A DNA stretch of 31,733 nt, from UHGV virus genome UHGV-0780004, one strand, 5' to 3'. The notes under the pieces were generated by a model. It saw only the letters and a list, made by a program, of their open reading frames with translations, was not told the DNA's origin and did no database searches. The position numbers and the translations under genes were made by a program. Shown here in pieces: positions 31,669 through 31,733 of this stretch. This DNA is from a virus. Each line of letters opens with the position of its first letter. Position 1 is the first letter of the stretch.

Positions 31669-31733
31669 ATGGCCGGAGACTGGATCAAGGTGGAACACAC
31701 GACACCGGACAAACCCGAAGTGGTGAAGCTGGC
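31669..31733 (+). CDS. Hypothetical protein, 3' partial (MAGDWIKVEHTTPDKPEVVKL...)
   Basis: An ATG-initiated open frame runs off the window end. Confidence 0.3.
   Translation, partial: MAGDWIKVEHTTPDKPEVVKL

Noticed and set aside
1-31733. A search for CRISPR arrays, tRNA genes, reverse transcriptase/DGR elements and transposases
   Set aside because: None was found. There are no spaced direct-repeat arrays other than the 18-bp coding array. There is no cloverleaf-like GTTC...T-loop near int. There are no RT (YxDD) or DDE motifs in any long ORF.

Overview
The window looks like a near-complete temperate tailed-phage genome, either a prophage or a circular phage contig. The host is probably a GC-rich bacterium, and the phage carries AT-rich inserts. 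Almost every gene is on the + strand. The order runs from replication genes through a packaging/head/tail block to the integrase, then on to early recombination genes. The replication genes are a partial replisome-organiser gene (2..703) and a DnaC/IstB-like helicase loader (684..1424). A Cro/YdaS-like regulator sits on the minus strand, separated from a near-consensus sigma70 promoter by a palindrome and a 17-bp repeat. The head module is Mu-like: small and large terminase, DUF935-type portal, Mu protease/scaffold I, a DUF2190-like protein, major capsid, a gp36-like protein and a Mu F / SPP1 gp7-like protein. The tail region holds a tail-fibre-like protein, a cluster of three small membrane proteins plus an Amidase_3 enzyme, a 504-aa protein with two BACON/Ig-like domains, and a coiled-coil tape-measure candidate. 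The 3' three-quarters of that gene and a downstream DUF4339 membrane gene are markedly AT-rich. A large distal tail protein and a GT-A-like glycosyltransferase precede a tyrosine integrase (22610..23797). Downstream of the integrase is an AT-rich accessory island of small genes. It contains a minus-strand HTH+RHH regulator that overlaps a 48-aa membrane peptide at their 3' ends. It also contains a fully overlapping antisense ORF pair (one a 2-TM protein), a DUF4177 protein and a C13 homopolymer. The early region follows: an Xis-like HTH protein, a Zn-ribbon membrane protein, a hexapeptide tandem-repeat protein, a RecT-like annealing protein, a PD-(D/E)XK exonuclease, RusA, an orphan C5-cytosine methyltransferase and a small Dam-like methyltransferase. 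The repeat protein is built from 16 almost identical 18-bp units (27007..27300). Four conserved structural or lysis genes lack a canonical in-frame start codon. Candidate systems worth follow-up are the accessory island beside the integrase, the repeat protein, the lysis-like cassette inside the tail module and the chimeric tape-measure gene with its DUF4339 membrane gene. No tRNA, CRISPR or reverse transcriptase was seen.
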